In this document: piece after piece, positions 27,336-41,609 of the stretch | How the letters are laid out: every line of letters starts with the position of its first letter | Numbering within the stretch: position 1 is the first letter of the stretch | Assembly (NCBI RefSeq): GCF_036321535.1 | Contig: NC_087446.1 | Coordinates: 57,722,001-57,786,000, forward strand | Source: Camelus dromedarius | Taxonomy: Eukaryota | DNA length: 64,000 nt | Direction of reading: 5' to 3' | Made by a program: the position numbers and the translations under genes | Notes under the pieces: model-generated | Database searches by the model: none | Told to the model about the DNA's origin: nothing | The model's input: only the letters and a program-made list of their open reading frames with translations

Positions 27336-28285
27336 ATGCCAAATAAAACATCCATTAGAGAATTCATTCTTCTGGGACTTACAGATGACCCAGAATTACA
27401 AGCTGTGATATTCTTCTTTATGTTGTTCACCTACTTACTGAGTGTAAGTGGAAACATGACCATCATCATGTTAACACTGTCAAACGTCTGTTTGAAGACT
27501 CCCATGTATTTCTTCCTCAGCAATTTCTCCTTCTTAGAAATTTCATTCACAACAGTCTGTATTCCTAGCTTTCTGATCAGCATCGCTACAGGAGACACAA
27601 GCATTTCCTATAATGCTTGTATGACACAAGTATTTTTTTTTAATCCTTCTCGGCTCGACAGAGTTTTTTCTTCTGGCTGTGATGTCTTATGATCGCTACG
27701 TGGCCATCTGCAAACCTCTGCATTACACAACTATCATGAGTAACAAAGTCTGCAACCAGCTTGTAATCAGCTCCTGGCTGGCTGGTTTCCTCATTATCTT
27801 TCCCCCGGTGATAATGGGCCTCCAGCTAGATTTCTGTGACTCCAACATTATTGACCACTTCACCTGTGACTCTTCTCCTATGCTGCTGATTGCCTGCACA
27901 GACACAAAGTTTCTAGAGCTTCTGGCATTTTTCTTAGCAGTATTCACACTCATGGTAACTCTGGCCTTGGTGATTCTCTCGTACACACTCATTCTTAGAA
28001 CAATTCTGGAGATCCCCTCTGCCCAGCAAAGGAAAAAGGCATTTTCTACTTGTTCCTCCCATATGATTGTGGTTTCCATTTCTTACGGGAGTTGCATTTT
28101 CATGTATGTAAAAACATCTGCAAAAGATGGTGTGGCTTTGAGCAAAGGGGTAGCGGTACTCAATACCTCTGTTGCTCCCATGCTCAATCCCTTCATTTAC
28201 ACCTTAAGGAACCAGCAGGTAAAACAGGCCCTTCGGGATTTTTACCAAAAAAATGCTATTATCAAACAAGCACTCATCATCATGA
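27336..28285 (+). pseudogene. OR6C65-like: OR6C65-like olfactory receptor with two +1 frameshifts
   Basis: [14 protein letters not shown] start. Removing one T from the T9 run (27633-27641) restores [24 protein letters not shown]. Removing one T from the T5 run (28239-28243) restores [15 protein letters not shown] (TGA 28283-28285), giving 315 aa. Confidence 0.9.
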
Positions 28286-28339
28286 AATCTGTAGCTAAAA
28301 CCACAGATGAACCACATATAAATACAAATCATTGTTCTA

Positions 28340-28560
28340 GGTGGTAGGTATACAGAAGGGAATAAAAATAAAGCACACAAAACTCTTGCTATCCTAGATC
28401 TTACTTCTAGTTAGAGAACACACACATTAAACAGCCAACATAATAGAAAAGTAAATTATCTAGGATTTTCGTTAAGTGAAAATGCTATGAACAAAACTGA
28501 AATACTTTAGGGAAAGGAGGGTAGAATTCAAATTAAATAGGGTGGTCAAACATTTCACTT
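28340..28560 (-). mobile_element. L2 relic
   Basis: ctcttgctatcctagatcttacttctagttagag...aaatgctatgaacaaaac...aaatagggtggtca resembles an antisense L2 3' region. Confidence 0.45.
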
Positions 28561-30429
28561 TGTCATTTTATAGCTCCTTTTTAATTTCATTTTCTACCTC
28601 TAATAAAAGTATTTCTCTGTATTCATTATCTTTTTTTTCCCCTGTAATTTTCCCAGGTCCATGTTTCATCTATTTCACACATGTCAAACATGGGGAGATT
28701 GTGCGGTGTCACTTTTCTTTGAAAAGATAACTAGCAAAGCTCTGGATATCTTACTCAAATCCTAAATGAAAATAAATGGTCCAAAATAAAATTCATGGCA
28801 ACCCACTGGTAATGAATGGTATGGAACCTAACTTCAAGGCTTAGAAAATCATGCTTTATGACTATTTCTATCAAAGGGTTCTGTCCCCCCCTACTCTTAT
28901 TTCCTTATTCTACTTGAGTCAGATATTCAGAATCTGTAAAGGGAAAAACTGATAAGCAATTATCTTCTACTGGGAGGATGGGGTATTTCAAGCTGTCCAG
29001 GTCACTTTCCTCCATCTCTGCTTCATCAGTTCTATTTCTCTATATCTGTCCAGGTTACACACTTCCTATTAAACAATAAACAGGAATCGCTACTAATCAT
29101 TAATTATAAGTGGTTATTAAGAAGTTATTAATTACTAATTATTAGGAATGACTGCTTTTACACTACATGCAGTGACTTTTTTTGACATACCATATTATCA
29201 GAAAACTTTCTATTAAATAGACAGAGGTGGGTATTCACAAGATCTCAGTCCATGAAACTACTGCAAATCACTGCAGGATATTTACACACCTATTTAACAT
29301 GCACATAAGGATCAGAGAGCACAATTTTATTGGTACTCAAGCAAATAAGGAAAATTCAAAGGCAACTCATGTATCTTGGTTGTTTTCAAACAATCACTCT
29401 AAGTAGCTCATGCTATTTAAATAGGAAGAATGAAAATGTTAGATTAAATATGAAAATCAGTACCCTGAAAATTAAAAACAAAAAATTCAATATGTGAAAA
29501 ACCTGAAGAAAACAAAGATGATATGAAATTAATAAAAAATTAAGAAAACAGTAAGATGAAAATAAAAGTTAACACTAAAAAAACTTTGGAATTCTAGTAT
29601 CATTTAAAATGTTTAGGTAAACAAAAATATTATAAAGTTATAACATTCTAAATGCTGACAAAACAGTAATATTGTATAATTATATGATACTAGTATAATT
29701 ATGGTACTATGTGCAATTATATAAAATACATTCTTGACATTTTTAGGATGTAGTATTATTAGCAAATATTCATGACAATGAATGATCTGAATATATATTT
29801 TCATTACGAAAGTAGTTACAGAAAAAAACATACAAAGTTTGAAGAGCTGTGGCTCCAAAACATTCCCAAGACTTGTTAATATCTTATTAGGTGCATAAAC
29901 TTTACATAAACCATTTAAAGTTTGTGTGTGCGTGATTCCACAAATTCTAGTTTATTAATGTGTGGCAGAGTTCACTTACCAGAGCACAGTGGAAGGAACT
30001 AAAAATCCTAGTAAAATGAAAAACTAGGCTTGATGCTTTATATAAGTTTTGACTTTTGATACTTAAAAACAGATTCTGTAATGCTATATTTTTGTAGAAC
30101 ATTGGTGTGGGGGTATCATTTTTAAATGATTGAGAGGAGTTAAAAATAATTTTCTAGTCTCAAGGATCAAAGTAACTGTAAGTGTTTAGAATAACAGAAT
30201 TTTCCATTTAGAGGGGATTACAGATACATTCTCTTTCAGGGATAGCAAAAGAGACATGATGCGACCCTCCCTTCCCTATGGCTATGGCAAATAGTTGCAA
30301 ATAGTTTGCATAATTATTTCCTGAAGAATGAAGCTATGACCTCAGAATCCTTCTCAACAACAGTGCCAACATCATAAGAGTCATCAATGAGATGAGATTT
30401 ATTTGTACTCTTGATATAGTGCAACTTTC

Positions 30430-30545
30430 TCACTTGTGAGATAAAGAAAGTGAAACCCAGAAAGGGGAGGGACTTCTCCCAGGGAACTCAGTGAATCAGT
30501 GCAAATGTAGATCTACATCCCAATTCAGTTAACTTTCCATACACC
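30430..30545 (-). mobile_element. MIR relic
   Basis: gagataaagaaagtgaaacccagaaaggggagggactt...; MIR core-like. Confidence 0.55.
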
Positions 30546-31179
30546 ATGCTGCCTACCAACTTCTTCCTTGCCTGGTCATGGCTCCTAAAATAATTAATGC
30601 TTTCCAAACAAATCATACATGCCAAAGACTAGGAGCATTTTATAGTAGCACCTAGAACATCAAACCCAGCAAGAAGATGCAAGGTATATAATTTCCCCCA
30701 AGTTGACATAAGAGCATCCTTCTCCCAGTTACCATGAAATGTTTTCTGACAGCCAATCATTATCTTAAACTCATCAGGCTTTTTCTTGGTTATCAGCCTT
30801 ATTCTCAATTCCCTGATGTGGCTTCACAGGGCACAGCTGGCAAGAATCCAACAGAAAAATGAGCTTTGCTGAAAGCTCTTCAGGCATCAGACATCCCCTG
30901 CCTACCGCTGCTTATACCTCAAGGTTGCGCAGATAAAGCTTGGAGCTGCTGGAGATGCACAGTAGGGGTTCTAAATGCTTTAATGCCTCTCTCTCTTCCT
31001 TTAAGTGCAGCTGTTTGTAGAGTTTCCCAGAGGAGAACAGGAGAGGGGCCCCTTTTGCAAAATTGTGATAAGTACCCTTAACATAAGATCTACCTTCTCA
31101 CAATACACTATTGTCAATTGTAGGTACAAGGCTGTCTAGGAAATCTCCTCCCTGGTTATTAAAACTAGAATAATGTCTC

Positions 31180-31575
31180 TGAGGTTCATTGATAATGCAG
31201 CATGTGTCAACATTTCCCTCCTCTTTCTACGGTTGAATACCATTGCATTGTATTGTATACCACATTTTCTTTATCCATTCATTTATAAGTAAACATTTAG
31301 ATTTGTTGCCATATTTTTGCTACTGGGAATTAGGCTGCAGTGAACATGGGAGTGCAGATACTTCTTTGAGATTCTGATTTCAATTCCTTGGGGTAATATA
31401 CTCCAGAAGCAGAATTGCTGGATTGTACAATAATGCTGTTTATCATGTAAGAAAACAACATACTGTCATCCATAGCGATTTTACATTTCCATATTACTTT
31501 ACATTCCCACAAGCAATGCACAAGGATTCCAATTTGGGCTCATTCTCCTCCATGCTTGTTATTTTCTGTTTTTGT
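31180..31575 (-). mobile_element. L1 3' fragment, antisense
   Basis: ataccacattttctttatccattcat...gctgcagtgaacatgggagtgcagata...cattcccacaagcaatg. Confidence 0.85.
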
Positions 31576-32719
31576 ACAAGTATATAAGTGGGTGCGGGGG
31601 GAGAAAGGTATTTTATTCTCCATCATATGTGTGAAGGATTGAGTAGTCACTTTCAGTGTGCTGTTTGTGTTAAAACAGATATTCTTATAAAAGTATGAGA
31701 TACAAACAACAATTTCCCTAGAGAAATATGTAAATATGTATGAAACTGTTAAGAATGCAAAGTTGTGAGTCCTAACTCCTTTTGTGGAAATGTACCCTCA
31801 AAAGATAATAGGACGATCATGACAAGATGTATATGTGTGTCTATGCATTCAAATATTATTTATGATGGGGGAATTTTAAATGCTGAACAAAGAGATATTT
31901 TTTCATTATGGAACATCCATAAAATGAAACTGTATTTAGCCACTAAAACTGATGCTGGAAATGTATACTCTAATATCAAATGACTGCTTAAAATGAAGAT
32001 TTCCTAATTAGGTATCAAGAGCTTAAAATTACAGATAACACACGAAGATAAAGTCTTTAAAATGAAAAAAGTCTTTGTTGTGATTTTTTTCCTTAAATTA
32101 TATTTGTCTCCACAATGGTGATAAAGTCTCTAATAATCCAATTATTAACTAAGCCTCTGGTTTTAAAGTATCCTTGATGGTTACACAAAAAGTAATTTAA
32201 ATATCTTTGTTTTCACTTATCAAACATGTTCAACAAGGTACCATTTCAAAGAAGTTATATTTCTCAGCACTGCACTTATCCACTGTGGAATGAATTGTGC
32301 CTGATTTGCTCATCAGTAAGAACAGCTTTGGTACATATTAAAATATATCTTGGATTTTACACTAATATGTTGGATATAATATAGAAACATACAGGTGGAA
32401 CTTGAGTTGCTTCTAATTTTAGGTGTATACTAGTTATTAGGCTCAGCTGATGAAAGGAGAAGTACTTCCTAAGGAAATTTTAGCTGGAATGATATATCTC
32501 AAAAGACTTAAGTAATTTAAAAATTGTTTTACAGACGGTAGAACCAGTCTTTTTCCTTAATAGTCCTCTGTTTTGCCTTTCATATTTTAAGCTGATCTTC
32601 CACAGTGTTAACAATGATACATGGATCATAGGATACGAACATCAGAAAATACTGGTTTATTTTTGCTAAGCTTCCACCTCCCCAAATACCTGGCCATCAT
32701 CCTGCTGGATGATCTCCTC

Positions 32720-32810
32720 AAACTTCTCCTGGGACACAGGTCCCATAATATCAATTAAAACATATGCACCAAAGTTGATCTTGTGCATGATTCATTAGTG
32801 CCTATTACTG
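32720..32810 (+). promoter_or_regulatory. Candidate promoter of the OR6C76-like gene
   Basis: CTCCTGGGA 32726-32734 (reverse complement TCCCAGGAG, O/E-type), CAATTA 32752-32757, TCATTA 32792-32797. Aligns with the 57491-57565 and 25019-25060 blocks. Confidence 0.55.
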
Positions 32811-34448
32811 TTTTCCCAAAAGTCATTAAAATTTATCTCAAAGTATATTTCAGAAGCAAAACACATAAAAGGTGCTAGGTTTACATTTTTCAAAAAGAAG
32901 ATAAATGGATATGGCCCTCTGTGAAATATCAGAATAGCATATTAAAAATAGTTCTAGATTGTTTTTCTTGTATAACTTTCATCTGAAGATTTAGTGTTAA
33001 GATGGCAGGTGGGATATTGCAGGCTTCCAGATTTGGGACAAGATGGGGAAGAACATAAGGAAACTGCTCCATTAGATGTTCTGAGATGAAACATCAAGGT
33101 CTTTATGAAGGAACATACAGCTTTGTAGGAAAAGAGGGGAAAAGTTATTTCTTCATAAAAAATTAGACTACTGCTTGTCTTTTGATTTAAGATAATTGAG
33201 CACACTAGTTTGTATTCAACATTAACACTAATCACCAGTCATTTGATGGTATGTAAGTATTCTGTTTATTTTTATCTGATGTTTCAACTTCTATTCATTA
33301 TAAACCATTGATTGCTACCCTCTAGTGTCTTTCTCTTTCTTTCTCTAATACGTATCTTATGCATTACATATTATATATAGTGTATATAACATATACCTAT
33401 GTATGTATTAAACAGTTAAATCATTAAACTGAAATGTAAATTTTTTTAATTGTAACTTCTATCAATTAACTGAAATAGTCAGAACATGGAATGCTTTCCT
33501 GTATATTAGTACGTTTACACTTTAGAAAGACCTGATATATACTTCTGGCATGAGTGTCCAAGATAGTTCAAATAACACATGTAAAGTGTTCGCATATTTC
33601 GTATCAATTTTCCACATATGAGTACCCCTGAAATTCACTAACATATTTTGTGAGCATATTGTTTGATGCTCAACCATTAACTAGATTTTTAAAAATTATT
33701 TAATTAGGAATTAGGAATAATAAAGTGAAAAATCAATAGTTGATTGAATTTTTGTGGAAAGACACCTTTTTTAAGGAAATCAAGAAGAAAAGAAGGGATT
33801 CAGAAGCTACATTAATATATGGACATAAAATGTGCGGTGGTTAAAAAATATAGATACTATATACATAAATCACTGTTTATATGTTTATTATAAATAAAAG
33901 TTCATAATACACCATTAGAATGATTTGGTCTCATTTTTACAAAGATTTTCTACAATGGAAAGAGCAATAAGTAAACTAACAAAGGTAGTATTCACTAGTT
34001 CCCCACAAGAACATATAGAATTTTCACTAGAAAACATTAATTAGGGTTGAGTTTACCAATCATCTCCAACATCAGAAAGAATGTTATGCCTGGAAAAAAT
34101 AACATTAAAAAGCATAATTTTCTCTATATTTTAGCTTAACAATGAAGTATGAGAAGCATGTTCAATCACTAGATTTCCCAAGTAACAACGGTAAGAAATG
34201 GACACAGAGTAATGTATAGCAAGGAATTCAGAGTAATAAAACTGATATTAAACAGAAAACATACCTGTAACATATATAACAGAACTGGGGAGAATGAGCA
34301 GTGTACTTATAGATGCCCAGATACTTTCTGTGAAAATACAATCATTATTTAACAAAAATAAGTGCAGCTGTTTTATGCCTGTCTAACTGACTTACTATTG
34401 TCTGTCTTTATTTTGCCACTAAGACTTGTCAAAAATCAGCCACCAGAA

Positions 34449-35390
34449 ATGAGAAACAGAACATCAGTGACAGATTTCATCCTCCTGGGTCTGACTGATA
34501 ATCCAGAAATACAGGCTGTGATTTTCTTCTTTTTATTTCTCACGTACGTGCTGAGTGTTACTGGAAATCTTACCATCATCATTCTTACTCTGCTAGATTC
34601 CCACCTGAAGACCCCCATGTATTTTTTACTCAGGAATTTCTCCTTCTTAGAAATTTCATTTACTTCTGTCTGTAATCCTAGATTTTTGATGAGCATTCTA
34701 ACTGGAGACAAATCTATTTCCTATAATGCTTGTGCAGCTCAGCTCTTTTTCTTTATCCTCCTTGGTTCAACAGAGTTTTTCCTCCTGGCATCTATGTCCT
34801 ATGATCGCTACGTGGCCATCTGCAAACCTCTACATTATACAACCATCATGAGCAACAAGATCTGCTACCAGCTTGTAGGCAGCTCTTGGCTGGCGGGTTT
34901 CTTGGTAATCTTTCCACCACTGGCCATGGGGCTGCAGCTGGATTTCTGTGACTCCAATGTCATTGACCACTTCACCTGTGATTCTGCTCCTATACTGCAA
35001 ATCTCCTGTACAGACACAAGCATTCTAGAGCTCATGAGCTTTGTTTTAGCTGTGCTCACTCTCATGTCTACTCTGACACTGGTAGTCCTCTCCTATTCCT
35101 ACATCCTCAGGACAATTCTGAGAATTCCTTCAGCTCAACAAAGAAAAAAGGCCTTTTCAACCTGCTCCTCCCATATGATTGTTGTCTCTATCTCTTACGG
35201 AAGCTGCATCTTCATGTATGTGAAAACCTCAGCAAAGGAAGGGGTTGCTTTCACAAAAGGAGTAGCTATGCTCAATACTTCTGTTGCTCCCATGCTGAAT
35301 CCATTTATTTACACCTTAAGGAACCAGCAGGTGAAAAAAGCATTTAAGGATGTTATAAGAAAGATACTTTCCTCAAAATCATTGATCTGA
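34449..35390 (+). CDS. OR6C76-like: Olfactory receptor OR6C76-like, 313 aa, intact (true start ATG 34449)
   Basis: [19 protein letters not shown], the diagnostic VCNPRFL and all OR motifs. The upstream extension from a GTG at 34362 crosses a splice acceptor. Confidence 0.95.
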   Translation: MRNRTSVTDFILLGLTDNPEIQAVIFFFLFLTYVLSVTGNLTIIILTLLDSHLKTPMYFLLRNFSFLEISFTSVCNPRFLMSILTGDKSISYNACAAQLFFFILLGSTEFFLLASMSYDRYVAICKPLHYTTIMSNKICYQLVGSSWLAGFLVIFPPLAMGLQLDFCDSNVIDHFTCDSAPILQISCTDTSILELMSFVLAVLTLMSTLTLVVLSYSYILRTILRIPSAQQRKKAFSTCSSHMIVVSISYGSCIFMYVKTSAKEGVAFTKGVAMLNTSVAPMLNPFIYTLRNQQVKKAFKDVIRKILSSKSLI

Positions 35391-35729
35391 CCATAGTGTT
35401 TAACTAAATACACAGCAATTTTTAGGAAAGAATCAATAAATAATTCACTGTTTTATTTCTTCTCTCTTCTTACTTTTATCACTTCTCAGATATATAATTG
35501 TTAATGGTTTTGTGGATTCAATGTTCTTATATTACATGTTCTCCCTATATGAATTTAAGCACAAAATCATTTTGAATGATCTGTAGCATTCTCCTGTGAT
35601 ATAACACAGAGAAATGAGTAAAGTCAGTTCGTATATTAATGTCTTTCTTCAGATAATATGCATTGTGATGATATTTAACACAACTTAATTTACTCAAATA
35701 GCTATGGCATTAGTATTTTTAGCTATTAA

Positions 35730-37380
35730 ATCCACATCCAAATATGTGTATAGATTTCAAGTAAAAGCATATAAAGCATATATAATACAAATACTAAAAA
35801 GAAAGACGGTGTACCAATGTTAATAATAAGGTCAAGTAATCTTTAAGATCAAATTTTAAAAATCACTAAGGAGAAAGAGAAAGACTTCACAATATCAAAA
35901 TTTTCACAGCTAATATAATTCTAAATTTGTACGCCCTTAATAACAGACGATCAAAATATACAAAGCAAGATCATTAGAACTTTCAAGAGAAATAGACAAA
36001 TGCACAGTGAATATTTCAACAAACTACTCTCAGTAACTGATAAAACAGACAATAACAAACATGTAAACATATGAAGCATTATCTTTAAGGATAAAAAACC
36101 TGGCAAATGTAACATACAAATCTGAACTAATTGACATATGAAAAAACACTGCATCCAACTCCAGAACTGGCATTCTGCCTATGCAAGTACTTAAAGAACA
36201 TTTACTGAGGATAACCATACATGGGGCCATTAAACAAATACTAAAAATTACAAAGAAGTGAAGTCACCCACAGTATAAATTCTGACTAGAATGGCGATAA
36301 AGAAGAAAAAAAAATTGAAAACCACCATATAGTTGGAAATAATTGAATAGCATCTAAACAAAACAACGGTCAAAGAATACATCACAACAAATATTAGAAA
36401 AAAGTTTGATATGTCATACGAAAATATGAAGTACCAAATTTGTGGGATAAATATAAAATGATGATTAGTAGTATACTTGGAGTCCAAATCCTATTAGGAA
36501 AAAAAAGAATAAAACCTTGAAACCAATGATCTATGCATTAGTTCAAAGGAGTCAGGCACGACATTAAACCTAACTCAATTGGAAAGAAAAAAGTAATAAA
36601 GATTAAAGCAGAAATTACAGAAAGAGAGAAAAAGAAAATAGAGTACGAGCAGAAAATAAACTGCAAAGCAAAAAGAAACTTCTCTAAGGGGACTAATGAG
36701 TCATTAAATCTCTCTCAAGAGTGATTAAAAACAAAAAAGAAGAGAATAATCCAAACATTGTACTAGGAAATAGAGTGCACATCACTATACATAACATAGA
36801 CATAAAAAGTAAGATAATTAATTAAAATTTTATCAATAAATATGTAAATACCGTTGAAATTCCCACAAAAGTATATATCTGGTACAGAGAAAGCATATAA
36901 AATCTGAATACTCATGTATTTATTAAAAACTTTGAATCCCCAATTAAAAGTCATCTGATAAAGAAACATACAGAATCTAATGGTTTTAGGGAAGTCCTTA
37001 GCATTTAAATATATAAGAAAGAATTAATACCAGTTCTACACAAGACATTTCCAGGGCATAGCTAAAGGAGTATGTACCAATTTCAAAAAATGAAAACAGT
37101 ATCATCTTGACACAAGACTTGATGATGACATTATAGGGGTTTTCAATGGCTGAACAAAGAGAAGTCCACTGGAAAAGGAGCCTGTGCATAGTCTATTGTG
37201 GTCAGTTTCCTAGATACACAACAGGTCACAGAAATTAAGTGGTCCATGAACTCATCTATCTGGGATAGAGAGGGACGTGATGGGAGAGGACACACAGGAG
37301 GTTTCTTAACCTAGATTGTGAATACCTCTACGATTATACACTGTTTTGTGTACACACTAGACTTTATAAAAAATAAAAGT
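35730..37380 (+). mobile_element. Ancient L1 ORF2 relic plus 3' fragment
   Basis: Decayed endonuclease/linker text (aatttgtacgcccttaataacag...aaaatatacaaagcaa...gaactttcaagagaaatagacaaa). Confidence 0.7.
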
Positions 37381-38006
37381 TTTATTTAAAGCTGTGCAAT
37401 AAGACAACTCTGTGATATTGTAAATATCACTGGGGAATCCATAGAAAAATTATCATAATGTATTCATAATATGATTATATGTTTAAAAATCATAGAGAAT
37501 CATTTAGAAAAAAGATGACTTGTTATAAGACATATTCATTAAGATCAAGACCTTTCCTGAACATAAAAATATTGGGTAGACAGATTACATGTCAACATAG
37601 TACATAAATTAGCACCAAAAAAAAAGGAGATGAAAAAATATCTAGTGCTAAATGTTCGTGTAGTTGCATGTGTAGTTTCTTGCTTGGTATGATTCATTCT
37701 CATCATTTCAAAACCAATATATAAAGTCACAATTTTTATAAATCTTAATCAAAATCACTGTTTTAACCCCTTCTACATCCCAGAATGAAAATCTGAATAC
37801 ATATTGGCATGGTAACAGCTTAAAACTATAGCATAGTTTCTCCCACAACATAAATCTTAGTAATACAACTTTATTGTACATAAAATATTAAAAATATGAA
37901 AATACACAATAATTTAAAAAACAGAAACTTGATTTAAAATGAGAATTAGGGAAAGAAATCCTTAAAGCAATGTTGGAATAACAAAAACTAAGAAGAAAAG
38001 AGATTA

Positions 38007-40878
38007 GGAAGGAAACTATAAAGATCAGGGAGGAAATAAATACAATAGAGATTAAAAAAAACCATAGAAAAAATCAATCAAACTAAAAGCTGGTTTTTTG
38101 AAAAAGTAAATAAAATCAACAAACCTCTGGCCAAACTCACAAAGAAGAAAAAAGAGAGAGTACAAATCAGCAAAATAAGAAAGGAAAATGGAGAAATTAC
38201 AACAAATAAAATAGAAATACAGAATATCATATGAGAATATTATGAAAAACTATATGGAACCAAACTGGATAACCTAGAGGAGATGAACAAGTTTCTGGAA
38301 ACATACAGTCCACCAAGACTGAACCAAGAAGAAACTGACCACGTGAACAAACCGACCACTAGAAATGAAATCGAAATAGCAATAAAAAACCTCCCTACAA
38401 ATAAAAGTCCAGGACCGGNNNNNNNNNNNNNNNNNNNNNNNNNNNNNNNNNNNNNNNNNNNNNNNNNNNNNNNNNNNNNNNNNNNNNNNNNNNNNNNNNN
38501 NNNNNNNNNNNNNNNNNNNNNNNNNNNNNNNNNNNNNNNNNNNNNNNNNNNNNNNNNNNNNNNNNNNNNNNNNNNNNNNNNNNNNNNNNNNNNNNNNNNN
38601 NNNNNNNNNNNNNNNNNNNNNNNNNNNNNNNNNNNNNNNNNNNNNNNNNNNNNNNNNNNNNNNNNNNNNNNNNNNNNNNNNNNNNNNNNNNNNNNNNNNN
38701 NNNNNNNNNNNNNNNNNNNNNNNNNNNNNNNNNNNNNNNNNNNNNNNNNNNNNNNNNNNNNNNNNNNNNNNNNNNNNNNNNNNNNNNNNNNNNNNNNNNN
38801 NNNNNNNNNNNNNNNNNNNNNNNNNNNNNNNNNNNNNNNNNNNAAAACTCTCACCAAAGTGGGTATAGAGGGAACATATCTGAACATCATAAAAGCTATA
38901 CATGACAAACCTACAGCCAGCATAGTACTCAATGGTGAAAAACTCAAAAGCTTCCCACTANNNNNNNNNNNNNNNNNNNNNNNNNNNNNNNNNNNNNNNN
39001 NNNNNNNNNNNNNNNNNNNNNNNNNNNNNNNNNNNNNNNNNNNNNNNNNNNNNNNNNNNNNNNNNNNNNNNNNNNNNNNNNNNNNNNNNNNNNCACTATA
39101 TGCAGATGACATGATACTATATATAGAAAACCCTAAAAGGTCCACACAAAAACTACTAGAGCTGATTGAAGAATTCAGCAAGGTAGCAGGTTACAAGATT
39201 AACGTTCAGAAATCAGTTGCATTTCTTTACACTAACGATGAATCAACAGAAAAAGAAAGTAAAGAAACAATCCCCTTTAAAGTAGCACCCAAAGTAATAA
39301 AATACCTAGGAATAAATCTAACCAAGGAGGTGAAAGAATAATACACAGAAAACTATAAACCATTGATGAAGGAANNNNNNNNNNNNNNNNNNNNNNNNNN
39401 NNNNNNNNNNNNNNNNNNNNNNNNNNNNNNNNNNNNNNNNNNNNNNNNNNNNNNNNNNNNNNNNNNNNNNNNNNNNNNNNNNNNNNNNNNNNNNNNNNNN
39501 NNNNNNNNTTTCACAGAACTAGAAAAAATTAATAAAATTTATATGGAACCACAAAAGACCTAAAATTGCCAAAAGCATTACTGAAAAGAAAGAAAGAGGC
39601 TGGAGGAATAACTCTCTCAGACTTCAGACAATACTATAGAGCTACAGTCATCAAGACAGCATGGTATTGGTACAAAAACAGACATATAGACCGATGGAAC
39701 AGAATAGAGAGTCCACAAATGAACCCACAAACTTTTGGTCAACTCATCTTCGACAAAGGAGGCAAGAATATAGAATGGAATAAAGACAGTCTCTTCAGCA
39801 AATGGTGTTGGGAAAACTGGACAGCAGCATGTAAATCAATGAAGCTAGAACACTCCCTTACATCATACACAAAAATAAACTCAAAATGGATCAAAGACTT
39901 AAACATAAGACAAGATACAATAAACCTCCTAGAGGAAAATACAGGCAAAACATTACCTCACATACATCTCACATACATCTCAAAAATGTTCTCCTAGAAC
40001 AGTCTACTCAAGCAATAGAAATAAAAGCAAGAATAAACAAATGGGACCTAATGAAACTTACAAACTTCTGCACAGCAAAGGAAACCATAAGTAAAACAAA
40101 AAGACAACCTATGAAATGGGAGAAAATTTTTGCAAATGAAAGCGACAAAGGCTTGATCTCCAGAATATATAAGCATGCAGTTTGGTGCAGCCACTGTGGA
40201 AAACAGTATGGAGATTCCTCAAAAGGCTAGGAATAGACTGACCCTATGACCCAGGAATCCCGCTCCTGGGCATATATCCAGAAGAAACCCTACTTCAGGA
40301 TGACACCTGCACCCCAATGTTCATAGCAGCACTATTTACAATAGCTAAGATATGGAGACAGCCTAAATGTCCATCAACAGATGACTGAATAAAGAAGAGG
40401 TGGTATATTTACACAATACTATTCAGCCATAAAAACCGACAACATAACGCCATTTGCAGCAACATGGATGCTCCTGGAGAATGTCCTTCTAAGTGAAGTA
40501 AGCCAGAAAGAGAAAGAAAAATACCATATAAGATCGCTCATATGTGGAATCTAAAAAACAAAAACAAAAACAAAAAAACAAAGCATAAATACAAAACAGA
40601 AATAGACTCATAGACATAGAATACAAACTTGTGATTGCCAAGGGGGCGAGGGGTGGGAAGAGACAGCCTGGGATTTCAAAGTTGTAGAATAGATAAACAA
40701 GATTATACTGTATGGCACAAGGAAATATATACCAGATCTTATGGTAGCTCACAGAGAAAAAAATGTGACAATGAATATATATATGTTCATGTATAACTGA
40801 AAAATTGTGCTCTACACTGGAATTTGACACAACAGTATAAAATGATTATAAGTCAATAAAAAATGTTAAAAAAAAAAA
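38007..40878 (+). mobile_element. Young 5'-truncated L1 (~2.9 kb; ORF2 RT region, 3' UTR, poly-A), non-functional
   Basis: ORF2 peptides [45 protein letters not shown](A/G)GAGATTA at 37993-38006 and 40877-40890. Stop at 39339-39341, 11-bp duplication at 39958-39979, internal deletion at ~40174. Confidence 0.92.
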
Positions 40879-41609
40879 GAAAGGAGATTAATTTATTCAA
40901 ACAACCAGTAAAAAGGGCATTTTCTCTTTATTATTGAAATTTCTTTCTTAACCATGACAGACTTATTAATCATGAGCCCTAATCTACCATCATCAAACCA
41001 TAAGCTTCTAAAGCAGCTAATATGTAATCATACAAGGTTTTTCCAAATTTTTAAAAAGTCATCTTATCTCCAAGTTACTGTAACTTTTATCTCACTTTTT
41101 AACTGACCTAAAGTAACATTTCTTCTAGCCAGTCCTCCAAACTTTAATGTCCTGAAACAATCTCAGATGGGTTGAGATGTTCCTCTGAAATACACTTACT
41201 AGGTAGATATTTCAAAGCAGGAATCCATTAGATCAGTTTTTCAACTGAATGAACTGTCTTGGAGCCTTTCATGTAACTATGGACTTACAAAGCATTGTAT
41301 GTAGGCAGAATAAGGAATCGTATAAGACATCTGTAATACATATTTTTCCTATTATTGAAATGTAAATAAATGTTCCTTTGATAAAAAAAATACATAAATT
41401 TACTCTACAGTATCACTGAATACATAGTAATTTTTCTCTATGTGTGTTTTCGTATTAAATAAATACTTTACAAAAATTATATCATGGGAGATTAGGAAAA
41501 GCAAAATAGTTTGATTATTAAAATCTGTTATACCTTAGAAAATAAAGTAGGAGACTGTGTCAGGCTTGTTTTTTGGGTTTTTTTTCTCATTGGTAAAATG
41601 AGCACCTAG

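Noticed and set aside
34362-34448. N-terminal extension of the OR6C76-like ORF (also 49505-49618 for OR6C2-like)
   Set aside because: Crosses the polypyrimidine tract and splice acceptor; paralog alignment places the starts at 34449 and 49619.
5871-35065. Recurring antisense ORFs opposite OR coding regions (5871, 17844, 18154, 27723, 34436, 34865)
   Set aside because: Mirror of conserved OR codons; no independent evidence of coding.
38240-39997. Long ORFs as a possibly active retroelement
   Set aside because: 5'-truncated L1 lacking ORF1 and the endonuclease, with a stop, frameshifts and a deletion; ORF lengths are inflated by Ns.
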